64,000 bases of DNA, from contig OX597814.1 of the NCBI GenBank assembly GCA_951406725.2, positions 84,692,001 to 84,756,000 of the forward strand, in the 5' to 3' direction. Positions 1 through 12,370 of the stretch are shown here, in pieces. How positions within the stretch are numbered: the first letter of the stretch is position 1; every line of letters starts with the position of its first letter. The DNA comes from Octopus vulgaris (taxonomy: Eukaryota). The notes under the pieces are model-generated. The model had not been told where the DNA came from. It did not search any database and was given only the letters and a program-made list of their open reading frames with translations. The position numbers and the translations under genes were made by a program.

Positions 1-378
1 GTTGTTGCTGTGGGTCTGAGGCATTCAGTTAAGTGGAGGCTTTTGTACATAATAAAATGATCAAAAACAATTTTATATATAATTCCTAGTGAAGAGAAAA
101 TCATTCACTTAAGGATTGATTTTTAAGAGAGTCAAGGGAAACAACTCCTAAATCCAATTGAATTACGTTGGGTCATACAGTGGAAAATGTCTTATTTTTG
201 GTATGTATGGTGACAGCTATAGACTTGTGAAAGATAAGGGTGTCAGTTGGAATTTGTTGAAGCAAGGTTACTGTGGCTGGATGTCTTTTCTGTCATCGTA
301 TCTCACCTGTTGTGAGTAGATGAAAATTGAAAGAAGCCCATTGTATATATATATACGACGATGATGATGATGATGATG

Positions 379-419
<41 letters not shown>

Positions 420-461
420 GGTTATATTTTAAACCTAATAATTATATATATATATATAATA

Positions 462-501
<40 letters not shown>

Positions 502-1767
502 TTTAATATAATATACTGTTACTCAATGTATAATTTCATAAAAGTTAGGAAACTAACATTTATTTTGCTTTGTTTGAAAAAACGTCACCCCCAACTTAGG
601 AAATCAATCACCACTTTTGATCCAAATCAGGCAAAATTCTAGGGGGTTCATAACGCCTGCTCAAGTTTTTACGAAACTTGGTGTGCTGACTCAATGCAAT
701 TAGCTTTCTAGTTGAAGTAGTTTCGGAGTTATGGGCTTTTTAAATTATAGTTACTAGGTGGTACTAGATTCACACTTCAGTATTTCTGCTGCCTAAATCT
801 TTGTAAACAAAAGAGAGATGTGGAATAAAAGTATATTTATACATTTTTATGATTACTGAATTGAAATTGCTCTATGCAAAGGTTCAAAACTAGGCTTTTC
901 GATAACATACAAAATTAAAAACAATACATACTTTTAACATTATAGGTTTAATTCCAATTTTAAATAACTGTATGAGAAAAAGGGTGCTGAATGTTAGCAG
1001 ATTTTTAAATGTAACAAAGAATTAATATGTTTTATTAGATAAAATAAATCGAAGCTGTAGTTTCTCCTTCTTTTTACAAACATCATAAAGATCTTGAAGG
1101 CACTTGATTACCCATTCTGCACTCTGATTTGTTCTGGAAATTTCCAGTTTTGCCTTTCCCTTGGATAACATTGGTGGTATAGAAAGGGGAGGCTAATATG
1201 CATGGGCAACTGTTGGTCTTTCATAAACAACCTTGCTTGGACTTCTGCCGTTGAGGGGAAATTCATAGGTGTAATCCCATGGTTATTCTTGACCGAAGGG
1301 GCCTTTTTTTACTACCTCAGTCAACTGTAATAATGGTCATAGTAATTACAACAATGCTTACAATAACCACAAGTAATGTCCACAGTGATCAGAGCAATGG
1401 CCACAGTGACCACAGCATTGGCCACAGTGATCACAGCAATGGCTATAACAACCACTATGTTGTTTACTATAACAACAGAGTTATCAACCATCACTGACAG
1501 CTGTTACATAATCAGCCAGTGTTAGATCCCTTTTTTTATGCAGTCACCCATCCCGTTTGAAATAATAGTCAAATCTCCCTTGAACCCCATCTTACTGTTT
1601 TAAAGCAGGACTCATCATACCATGTCAATCTACATATATGAGTTAGTCATGGCTTGAATACATTATACTACTGGGTTAACCTGGAACTGAACAACCAGCC
1701 AAGGATCACAAAATTAGTGTCAGAAGGATGATATAATGAAGGATTTACTTGAATTGAACACACATCA

Positions 1768-1910
1768 GGTGCAGGCATGGCTGGGTGGTTAAGAAGCTCA
1801 CTTTGGAACCACATGTGTTGCACCTTGAACAAGTGTCTTCTACTATAGTCCTGGGCCAACCAATGCTTTGTGAGTGAATATGGTAGAAAGAAACTGTGTG
1901 GAAGTCCCTT
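1768..1910 (+). mobile_element. tRNA-type SINE family A, 5' part (further copies near 22385, 37560, 50730, 58316, 60205)
   Basis: ggcatggctg..taagaagct..ccttg(g/a)caagtgtcttctactatag..gtgagtg.at.tggtag, repeated many times in the window and followed by (GT)n. Confidence 0.8.
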
Positions 1911-1916
1911 GAATAT

Positions 1917-1993
<77 letters not shown>

Positions 1994-2036
1994 CGCATGT
2001 GTGTGTGCGTGTGTGCATGTGTGTGTGTATGCATGC

Positions 2037-2069
<33 letters not shown>

Positions 2070-2123
2070 TGCTTTGAGTTACTGTTTGAATCCCCAAACC
2101 TACATATATATGTGTGTGTGTGA

Positions 2124-2165
<42 letters not shown>

Positions 2166-2168
<3 letters not shown>

Positions 2169-3486
2169 GCTGAATCACTACCAGAACTAGAGAAGTTCCA
2201 CGTAAGGAAGCAAGGTCTACAATTGAAGTACCTTAAAGTTAACATAGCAAAAACCAAAGTCTTAGTAAGTAGAAAGGCAGACAGATCACAAATCCCTTCA
2301 GGTTGATGGTGCTGTTCAATCTGTAGAAAAGGTGTAGGTAGAAACTCAATAAGATGCACCCAGTGTAAGTTTTAGACACATAAAAGTTGCAGCATTATCA
2401 GAGGAAGGTTAACGGAAAATTGCTTTTGTATGTGGTAGATGAACAGGTACAATAAAATGTAGAAAAGTGAGCACTGAAAATGTACAAAAAATAGACTCCA
2501 TCAACTGCCAGGTGGGGTAAGCTAGAGGTAGTAGATAGCTTCTGTTATCTAGATGACCAAGTTAGTAGCAGAGGTGGATGCTGCAAGAGTGTAGCTGTGA
2601 GAATAAGATTAGGCATGGCAAAGTTCAGAGAGCTCCTACCGCTACTGGTAACAAATGGCCTCTCTTTCAGAGTGAAAGGCAGATTGTATGATACCTGTGT
2701 GCAAACAGCTATGCTACATGGCAGTGAAACATGGGCTGTGACAGACGAGGACATGCATAGGCTTGAAAGAAATGAAGCCATTATGCTTCGCTGGATGTGC
2801 AATGTCAGTGTGCATGTTTGACAGAGTAAGCATCTTGAGAGAAAAGTTAGGCTTAAGAGGCATCAGATGTGGTATGCAAGAGAGATGACTGTGCTGGTAT
2901 GATCATGTGATGCATATGGACATGGACAGCTGTATGAAGAAGTGCTGATCTCTAACTGTAAAGGGAACCTGTAGTAGAGGAAGATCCAGGAAGACATGGG
3001 ACAAGGTGGTGAAGCATGATCTTTGAACTTTGGGCCATACAGAGGCAATGACTAGTGACCAAGACCTTTGGCGATATGCTATACTTGAGAAGACCTGTCA
3101 AGCCAAGTGAAATCCCAGTCATGGCTGATGCTGGTGTCACGTAATTGGCAACCATGCTGGTGGCACATAAAAAGGACCTTTTGAGCATTGGGCCTCATGG
3201 AGGCAATGACCAAGACCTTTGGCATTATGTTGTGCTTGAGCAAAATCAAGCCGAGCAAAATCACAGTTGTGACAGATACCAGTGTCACGCAAATGGCACT
3301 CGTGCTGGTGGCATGTAAAAGCACTCATTATACTTTCAGAGTGGTTGGCATTAGGAAAGGTATCCAGCCGTAGAAACCATGCCAAATCAGACTGGAGTCT
3401 GATGCAACCTTCCAGCTTGCCAGCTCTAGTCAAACTGCCCAACCCATGCCAGCATGGACAATGGACGTTAAATGATGATGATGATA
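2166..3486 (+). mobile_element. RTE-clade LINE 3' fragment (RT C-terminus, Cys-rich insert, 3' UTR, (ATG)n tail), decayed
   Basis: KVNIAKTKVL, CSICRKGVGRNSIRCTQC, KGRLYDTCVQTAMLHGSETWA, MLRWMC; stops and frameshifts; ends ttaaatgatgatgatg. Confidence 0.88.
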
Positions 3487-3488
3487 TC

Positions 3489-3559
<71 letters not shown>

Positions 3560-3650
3560 ATATATCTATATGTATATATCTTTGTCTATCTATCTATCGA
3601 CCTGTCTGTAGGTCTGTCCATCTATGTGTGTGTGTATGTGTGTGTGTGTG

Positions 3651-3704
<54 letters not shown>

Positions 3705-4389
3705 CCTTGGATAGAATTTATAAACATTTAATTCACTGTTGCGCATGTTTCCACAAATCACATGTCTCTGAAGATCACAGTCCATATTCCTGGGATGATT
3801 ACAGTGTAGTCTATAGTATCCATGAGCATTGGCATAATAAAAAAAGTCCAATATCTCCACACACACCTCCATTCCCATATAACTACCATTCCTTCCTCTC
3901 TTTGCATCATCTTCCCCTCCTTCCTACCAAATACATACCGAAATACCCAAACAACTCAGTCAACCTTCATACTGGTCAAAAGAGATAAGCATGCTTCTGT
4001 TGTACATCCATTAATGTTATATCGCCTGAAGAAATCAGTCCATGAAGATGATCAACCCAATGCCCTTTTGAGCAATGCGAAGGTTGGTTATGTCCACTGA
4101 TACTACAGACTACACTATAATCATCCCAGGAATATTGACTGTGATCTTAAGAGATGTGATTTGTAGAAACGCGCATAGTGATGCATTAAATATTTATAAA
4201 TTCCATCCGAGGATTATCGTTAGCCACTAAACCTTTTTCTGTTTTCTTTCCTGCTTATTTCTGTGTTCCTTTCTGTCAAAGAGCGTAGGCTCAAAACGTA
4301 AAAGACTTTCTCACTTCCCGAGTGTTAAATTAATACATCTATATGCTGTTTACACACTCGTCTTCATCTTTTGTTTTTTTTGTAAATTC

Positions 4390-4439
<50 letters not shown>

Positions 4440-5085
4440 GTGAGCTTCCTCATTCTCCAGTATAGCCATCACTTGTGCCAAGCAATGACAGTGCATAATG
4501 TTTTTTAAAGTAAGGAGAGGCCTAACATACAACCAATCCTACTCTCTGAACAATGATGATAAATATTCCAAAAAGAAGAACTTTATCGACATCATTGGTT
4601 GCTATTGAGTTGCAGGTTTTACACCTGATTCTTCCTTCTCCTAGAATGATGTTCTAACAAGAATTAGGGGTTTCTTACTCCCAGTAATGTTGTACACTAT
4701 GCCTATGTTCTTATTCTCATGGTTCTCTTCTTGCTGAACTTATTGTGCCTGCTCATTGGTGAAAACATGCTGATCTGTGCAGCCAGTGTTTGCTGCTCCA
4801 AAGTCATCAGCTTGTCAATGATTGCTGCAGGAACTACCACTGTCTATGTGAAAAAGTAGGACCAAACCTGTTATGAAGATCAATGGACATTGATCTTCAT
4901 AAGCTCCTCTGTCCTTTGACAGGTTTTGTTTTTCATCCTGCAGGTTGTCCAATCACTTTCCTCACTAAGAAAGCTTAGTGGGGTTGTTCAGTTTAGTCAC
5001 TGATGATCTGACCATGCAGCAGATTGTACTGCCTACTTACCCACCCTTATTATGTGTTTTTATCTCTCACTTTCTGTCTCTACAG

Positions 5086-5235
5086 ATCCAAGAAAATATC
5101 TGTCAAAAGTTTGCTCATATCATAGACTCAGAAATCAACCTCAGCCCCGAGAGAAGTCAAGCTGTGGTTTCCTGTATGGGGCCTCAGTTTACATTAAAGT
5201 ACCTGTCTTATCCTTCACATGGACTTCAACACAAG
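5086..5235 (+). CDS. Exon (first seen): IQENICQKFAHIIDSEINLSPERSQAVVSCMGPQFTLKYLSYPSHGLQHK
   Basis: tctctacag| acceptor, AAG|gtaaa donor, 150 nt, phase 0-0, open. Confidence 0.7.
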
Positions 5236-5621
5236 GTAAATATTCTATGCTCCTTCCTCCCTGAACCTCTTGTGTGACTTTGTTTTCCAAAGTTATGAGA
5301 ATAATAAAATTAGTTCCAGTAGTAAACTGCAGTAGATCCAAACAGAAGTTCTGTCAAATTTGGTCATGTCTCATCAAAAGAAATAATTACTATTTACCTC
5401 TCTCATGTTGCTGAAGTTTTTTGGATTTAGGTCTTTCCTCATCACTAACAGGAATGAAAATGCATGTAAGTATTATGAGCATGCCTCTCTTCCTTGGATT
5501 AAAATTGAAAATTATAACATTCCCTTCTAAATCCATCTAGCCTTCCTTTGTTTGAAGTTTGATCTTGTAGCATGAAAACAGTTTTATTTTTATGATGAAA
5601 TATAAAGAAGCTAAAGCAAGT

Positions 5622-5952
5622 GAAGGTGCATGGCTCAGTGGTTAGAGTGTTGGGCTCACTACCATACACTAGTAAGTTCGATTCCTTGACCAGACTGTGT
5701 ATTGTGTTCTTGAGAAAGACACTTTATTTCATGTTGCACCTATTCACTCAGCTGTAGAAATGAGTTGTGACGTCACTAGTGCCAAGATTATTAGCCTTTT
5801 GGAAAGACATCAGTGGCTTGGAGAGGGGAAGCTGGTATGCATGGCTGACTGCTGGTCTTCCATAAACAGCCTTGTCTGAACTCGTGCCTTGGAGGGCAAC
5901 TTTCTAGGTGCAATCCCATGGTAATTTATGACCAAAGGGTGTCTTTTACCCT
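5622..5952 (+). mobile_element. tRNA-derived SINE family B (other copies ~15898-16150 +, ~29103-29440 -, ~45130-45420 -, ~57910-58230 +)
   Basis: A-box tggctcagtgg, B-box gttcgattcc, central 'ttcttgag.aag.cactttatttca..ttgc...cactcagctg' shared between copies. Confidence 0.78.
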
Positions 5953-6394
5953 TTATACCAAGTGAAAAATATGAACTGGTCGATAATTTATTGTATTGAC
6001 TGTGGCATATAGTTGTTTATGATATGGAGAAAACAAAGTAAAATAGAGTAAAATAGATCCCTAAATGCCTTAAGTTTAAAAGGTGGTGGGACAGATAGAA
6101 AGTGTCTTTTCTCTAGGGTCATTAGCAAATACAAGTAGATTTCTGTGGAAATTATACTCAGGTCTTGGAGTCGTTTCTCTGTGATATTTTTGTTGCTGTA
6201 CTATGTTCACCTTAGGGCTATTTGAATTATCATACTTAATTATGATTATCAAGTATGGTAGGGAGTCATGGACACTGGGTGTGGAAGATCTATGGAAGTT
6301 TGAAAGAAATAGGGCAAGTTTGAGCCATTGGATAATTAATGTTAGTTAATTCTTACAAATTGAATGGAGAGAACAATTGGATATTTGAAGTATT

Positions 6395-8245
6395 GTTAAG
6401 TTAAGTTAAGTTAATTTTTTGGCTCAAAAAGCAAAAAGCAAGGCCATGTAGGGGGACATGGAGTTATGTACAGGGTGGTGTTCATGCAAAGAGTTCAGGC
6501 CATTTCTGGTCAAGAGAGACTTTGAACCGAGCGGTCGTTGGCATCTTCACTATCTTGTCTGGCAGCTTATTCCATGGATCTGCAACCTGGACGGAGAAAG
6601 CCCCTCTCCTTCGATTGAGATGAAATCGTCGCAGATAGAGCTTTTTGGAGTGACCCCGCAGCTGATGCTCTGGAGCAGGAGTAAAGAACAGCTCTTTCAA
6701 GAGGTTACACTTTCCGCTTATGATGTTGTGAGCAAGAATTAGATCACCACGGCGTTGTCGTTTTTCAAGAGAATAAAGGTCGAGCATCTTCAGCCTTTCT
6801 TCATAAGACAAATGCTTGAGACCAAGAACCATGCAGGTAGCCAGCTTCTGGACTCTTTTGAGATGATGTATGTCTTTGAGGAGATAAGGAGAAGAGGCTT
6901 GAATTCCGTACTCCAATAAGGGTCTCACCAGCGTGACATAGAGCGGTAGGAATATGGCTGCTGTGAGCATTCTGAATGACCGTCGAATCAAAAACAGAAC
7001 TCCGCGTGCTTTGTTGGCAGCATGGACGCACTGGGCCGAAGATGAAAAGGAAGATTCCATCAAGACACCCAGGTCCTTTACCTGGTCGGTCCTCTCCAGC
7101 AGCAGACGAGCCGGCTCGAAATCAAGTTGAGTTGCAAGAGAAGAGCCAACAGGCAGATGACAGCACTTTGACACGTTCAGGCACAGGTCCTATTCGTTAG
7201 ACCATCTCCAAACTTGGTGGAGGCATCGATGAAGATCATCTATATCACCGCGAGGAGCGACCAGTTTGACATCATTGGCAAATAGAAGGATGTGTTGTGT
7301 GAGGTCGTCGGGCAAGTCATTTATGAAAACTAAAAACAATAAGGGCCCAAGCACTGAACCTTGAGGCACACCACTGCTCGCACTGGAGACGTCAGACAGC
7401 GAACCATTAACTTGGACTTGGAAGGAGCGATCTGAGAGGAAGGCACTAACCCATCGTACAATATCCAGATGGAAACTATATGCTTGAAGCTTGATAAGTA
7501 ATAGGTGGTGGTTTACCGAGTGAAAAGCTTTGGCAAAGTCCAATAAAACTATGTCAACAGCATCACCATCATCCAGTATATGCATCAGTATATGCATCAC
7601 CAATTCTTCCATTACCAGTAAGTTGATCAACACGAAGCTGTGTTGGAAATCAGAGATAGAGGCTGTGTTTTGGAGGTGGAGCAACATACTTTTCTTAAGG
7701 ATGGTTTCGAATATCTGATTATTGAAGTAAGGGAAACCGGTCGGTAGTTAAGCGGGTCATCGCGGCTCCCTTTCTTAAAAATTGGGCAGATTATCGCTGT
7801 TCTCCAGTCCGCAGGTATAACACCCGTCGCCAATGACATATTGAATAGAAGTGTTAAAGGTTCGCAGATGACCGGAGCCAACGCTTTGATAACTTGTGGG
7901 TGTATGCCGTCAGGGCCGTGACCCTTGTTGACATCGAGGCCTTGAATAACGTGATGACCAATCTAGGCATTGGAGGTACCGATCTATCAAATAGAGGGGG
8001 TTCACGACCATCATCTTGTTTGAAGATAGTTGAAAAAGCCTCAGCAAATAACTGACTCTGCTGATAAGGGTCCTCAATCGATACGCCTGTTGAGTCTACC
8101 AATGTTGCAATTTGGTTGTTCAAGTGGGAATTCCATTGGACATGGGCAAAGAAGGTTTTTGGATTGTGACTGGCGTTTGCCGCGATTCTGTATTCATATC
8201 TGAAGCGTTCTTCATTTTCAATTTTCACGGCTTGGTCTCGTGAAT
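6395..8245 (-). mobile_element. CR1-like LINE, 5'-truncated and frameshifted, with (AACTT)n tail
   Basis: PIFKKGSRDDPLNYRPVSLTS, LDFAKAF, SGVPQGSVLGPLLFLVFINDL, LFAND (FADD mutated), KDLGV, LVRPLLEY, LRGHSKKL, WNKLP; ttaag repeats at 6395-6415. Confidence 0.93.
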
Positions 8246-8441
8246 GTATGTTAGAGAAATATTCGCACCAGTCCAGATATGTGATGCAAATAGACATTGA
8301 ATTCTATCCAGAAAAGGGTCAGTGGGAGGCACCTGTAATAGAAAAAAAAAACATTAGAAGTGGTGAGCTCATATCTGAGGATGGTGGGCATCCCAGACAA
8401 AATGCTGCAGGATTAAGTTGTCATTGTCATCATCGTCATCG

Positions 8442-8474
<33 letters not shown>

Positions 8475-8848
8475 ACATTTAACATTCATTTTCTATGCTG
8501 GCACGGGCTGGACAGCTTGACAGGAACTGGCAAGGCCTGGGGCTACTCCAGGCTTCATAGTTTGTTTTGGTTTCGTTTCTATGGCTGGATACTCTTCCTA
8601 ATGCTAACTGCTCCACAGAGTGCACTGGGTGTTTTACAGGTGTCACCATCACTAGTGTTTTGTATGTGGCACCAGCACTACTGCTTTTTACTTGGCATCA
8701 GCATCCATACCAATGCTTTTTACATGACACCTTGGTTTTAGGGTCTCAATTCTGTTGTGGTGGGCAGGTCTTTGTGTGGCAGGCCTATTTAACCCATACT
8801 ACTATAGAATCATGTTAAAAGTTTGATGATGATGCATATCTTTTGCAG

Positions 8849-8958
8849 GAGTGTTCTCAGCAGATGTTGCTAGAAATGAAATCACTGTTAAGTCAAGGGC
8901 TGGCAAATGCTATCATTGAGGCTGGTTATGGGTCACTGGTGACTCACGATACTCTCAG
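8849..8958 (+). CDS. Exon: ECSQQMLLEMKSLLSQGLANAIIEAGYGSLVTHDTL(R)
   Basis: ttttgcag| acceptor, CAG|gtaac donor, phase 0-2, matches the next exon. Confidence 0.8.
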
Positions 8959-9724
8959 GTAACACACTTTTATTCTGTATTTCTCCAATACTGATTTATG
9001 TAGTAATTCAGATTATATTGATACTATTGGTAGTGGTTTGGCAAGGCAAAATACCTTTGGAAATAACTGCTTGGCTTTGTGATTAATGCACCAACCTATC
9101 TATTGGTGAACAGCTTTGAATACACAGTTTGTACCTGTCCTATTCTGTTAACCAGGTTCATTGCATGCATGGAGTGCTGAGATGTTTGCCTGAATTTCTT
9201 CAATCCCTATGGCAAGAGTATGAGGGGAATGGAGCAAATAGTGTGGCCAAGGGAGCTGACTCAGCTCCAGACAATCTGGCCAATCCAGGTGATCCAGGCG
9301 ATATATATAAATATGTTCATATGTATATTTGTATATAAGTATATATATATACAAGGTTTGATCAATAAGAATGTGTCCTACACTGATACATATATGTGTG
9401 TTTGCATGTGCGTGCATGTGCATGCATACATGTATGTGTGTGTGTATGTGTGTGTGTGGCCTAATCAGTAAGTATCTGGATTGTTGCCATAGTAACAAAG
9501 CTAAAGCATGCAGAGTAAAGCTGCTTGGCAAAAATTAACCTTGAACTCTACTGTACATGCGCACTAAGTTTTAACGTTCTACCTCACTTCCACTGTTTAC
9601 AGCAGTGCTTAGCAGGAAGGTGTGTAGCATGTGATCATTGCATTGACCATGACAGAGAAAGTTGAGCAGAGAATCTCTATAGAATTTTGCTAAAAGCTTG
9701 GTGATGTGTGTGTGTTTGTGTGTG

Positions 9725-9773
<49 letters not shown>

Positions 9774-10159
9774 GCAATAATTTCTTATCTCAACTAACAC
9801 TGTGGAGTTCCTGAAGTAGATCCAATGGAAATATAACCCAACTGCTAATGACACCAGGTAGCCCAAACTGTGTCACTGCTCTGCTCAACACTTCAACACA
9901 CTAATTGACATATACCCATTAGTCCAAAATATTAAATATGTGTGTGTGTGTGTGCTTGTTTTGACATTGCACAACAGGTGTAAATGAGTTCCACTATTCT
10001 TCATTTCCAATCTTCTGTGAAAGCATATCTGGTCATGGAGAAATTTTACCTTGCTTGGAAACGGATGAGGGTTGTTGACCGAAAGAACATTCTCCAGCAG
10101 AAAACCTGCCTTAACAAATTTCCCTCTGACCCATCCTTGGAAGGAATTATGAATGTTAA

Positions 10160-10550
10160 GATGATGACGACGACGACAATGACGATAATGACAGCGATGA
10201 TAATGATGGCAATGATGATGATGGCGACAGTGGCTATGACAACGATGACGATGTCGATGATGACAATGATGACGACGACGATGACAACAATTACAACAAC
10301 GATGGGGATGGTGGCAGTGATGATGATGATGACAACGATGACAATATGATGACGACAATGACGGTGATGTCAAAGACAATGATGACGGCAATGGCAGCTA
10401 TAACAACAATGGCAGCTATAACAACAATGGCAACAACGATAACTGGTGATGATGATGGTGATGGTGGCAACAACGATGATGACAATGATAACAGTGGCAA
10501 TGACAAAGAATGGCAACAATAATGATAGTGACAATGATGGCAATAATGAG
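10160..10550. repeat. Degenerate trinucleotide expansion (ATG/ACG/ACA) grown from an RTE-like tail
   Basis: Directly follows gaatgttaagatgatg. Confidence 0.85.
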
Positions 10551-11415
10551 GATAATTGCCTTTAGCTACTGCTATAATATCCAACTTATGTAAATCAGTG
10601 ATGAAATTTCCATGCATTAACTTGGACTGCTAGAAATAGCAGCCAAAATCTTCCTCAAATTATACACTCTATAGCCTTTTTGAAAAGGACATATTGATTA
10701 ATGTACACAGCAGAGTTCAAGTTCAATCTGTGCAAAGTGGCTTCACTCTGTGTGCTTTAGCTTCGTTACTATTGCTTCAGTCTGGATACTTATTGATCAG
10801 AAAACACACACACACACTCACACACACACACACACACATGTATCTGTACATGACGGATTCTCTCATTGTGAATGATAAATGAGGGTTCAGTACAATAAAG
10901 TGGTAATGTTGTTCAGTGTGCACAAATATATCACTGTATCTAGAAAAAGATAGGATGGTCAAAACTGGAATGTCTTTGGTTATAGGTTTCCTTAATTAGA
11001 GTTGATTGGATTTGTATATATTTGTATATATTGTTGCTGATGCTTTTACTGGGGAAACCTATGATGAAAAAGTTCCAGTCCTGACCATCCCGCTTTTTTC
11101 TAGATACATTATGTCTAGGATTATATTAACCAATATGGTAACCCAAATTCCCAACACCAGTAACAGCAATATATGTATGTGTGTGTGTTTGTGTGTGTTA
11201 ATTTACACATCTAATGACTTCTTTACTCTTTCCCTTCTCTTGTTTCTCTCTCTCTCTCTCTTACTTTCTTTCCCTTTCTCATCTCTTTTAATCCCTCTCT
11301 CTTTCTCTCTCTATCTCTCTTTCTCACTCACTCTCTCTCTCTCTCTCTCTCCTTCAGATACACTCTCCCATTCTTACATTATGTCTCATTCTATCTCTCT
11401 TTATATCTTGTACAG

Positions 11416-11518
11416 AGAAAAGCCTCATGAACTATTGCAACAATTCAGAAGAGAAACAGCATTGCAATTCAAAGAGTATTTATATAAATTCTGTCAGAAC
11501 GAAGAACTAAGAATAATG
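11416..11518 (+). CDS. Exon: (R)EKPHELLQQFRRETALQFKEYLYKFCQNEELRIM
   Basis: cttgtacag| acceptor after a CT tract, ATG|gtgagt donor, phase 2-0. Confidence 0.85.
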
Positions 11519-11522
11519 GTGA

Positions 11523-11560
<38 letters not shown>

Positions 11561-11606
11561 GGCGGTGCATCAGCATGGCCGCAGCTCTGAGCTGAAACTA
11601 GAAATA

Positions 11607-11637
<31 letters not shown>

Positions 11638-11739
11638 TTCAATTAGAAGTTAAATTAGTCTCATTCAGGGATGGTATCATCCAAGGAATTACAGATTCAA
11701 TGCCTAATATTTACTAGGAATAATATTTGTAAAATAATA

Positions 11740-11780
<41 letters not shown>

Positions 11781-12092
11781 GTGTAATAATGCTCTCTATA
11801 CAATATAAATTAATATGTTCAAAAGAAAAAATTATTTTTGAATTTTTCTCTTATGAGGTTTTTCACGCTAACTACCTGATAATTTCTTGTTAAGATTCCT
11901 TATTAAGAAGTTATCCTTAATTGTTAAATTTATTCCGAAAAATTTTTCCTACTCGACATGCAGTTCGAGAAAGCCCGCCATTTACTGAATATATGATTTA
12001 TAAACATCTCCATGTGCTTCGCCGGAGAGAGCAGATGTCTGTTCGACTTCGCCAGGTAATGTTGGTTGTTTATTTATGATGTGTTCAGAATA

Positions 12093-12158
12093 AGTTCTAC
12101 TGATGAACATAGACGTATTTGTATGCGTTAAGTGTGAAATCACAGGTGATATAGAACT
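12093..12158 (+). ncRNA. Type I hammerhead ribozyme (predicted)
   Basis: Stem I aGTTCTA/TAGAACt; core CTGATGA 12100-12106; stem II ACAT..GACGTAT/ATGCGTT..GTGT; GAAA 12136-12139; stem III TCAC/GTGA; AUA cleavage triplet ending at 12151. Confidence 0.72.
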
Positions 12159-12281
12159 AAATTCATTTTTTAAATGTCTTGCTTTGAAGAACTGCATTAG
12201 GTACGATTAGTGAAATTTTGGTAGTAATGACTTATGTCCCTCTTAGTGTGAGGCATTTATGTGTAATAATGCCCTCTATAC

Positions 12282-12337
<56 letters not shown>

Positions 12338-12370
12338 GTGTGTGTGTATATTTATATATATATATATAAC

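Noticed and set aside
1279-1497. 72-aa ORF with HSDHS repeats
   Set aside because: Low-complexity minisatellite-like tract next to a SINE tail; no phase link to the gene.
1668-2359. Overlapping ORFs of up to 204 aa (HTHT.., CVCV.., YIYI..)
   Set aside because: Translations of (CA)n and (TA)n microsatellites plus SINE/LINE sequence.
5622-5700. tRNA gene
   Set aside because: A/B boxes are present but no cloverleaf; it continues into a SINE body.
9885-10617. His/Cys-rich and Met/Thr-rich ORFs (metal-binding or reflectin-like appearance)
   Set aside because: Degenerate trinucleotide expansion with no reflectin motif.
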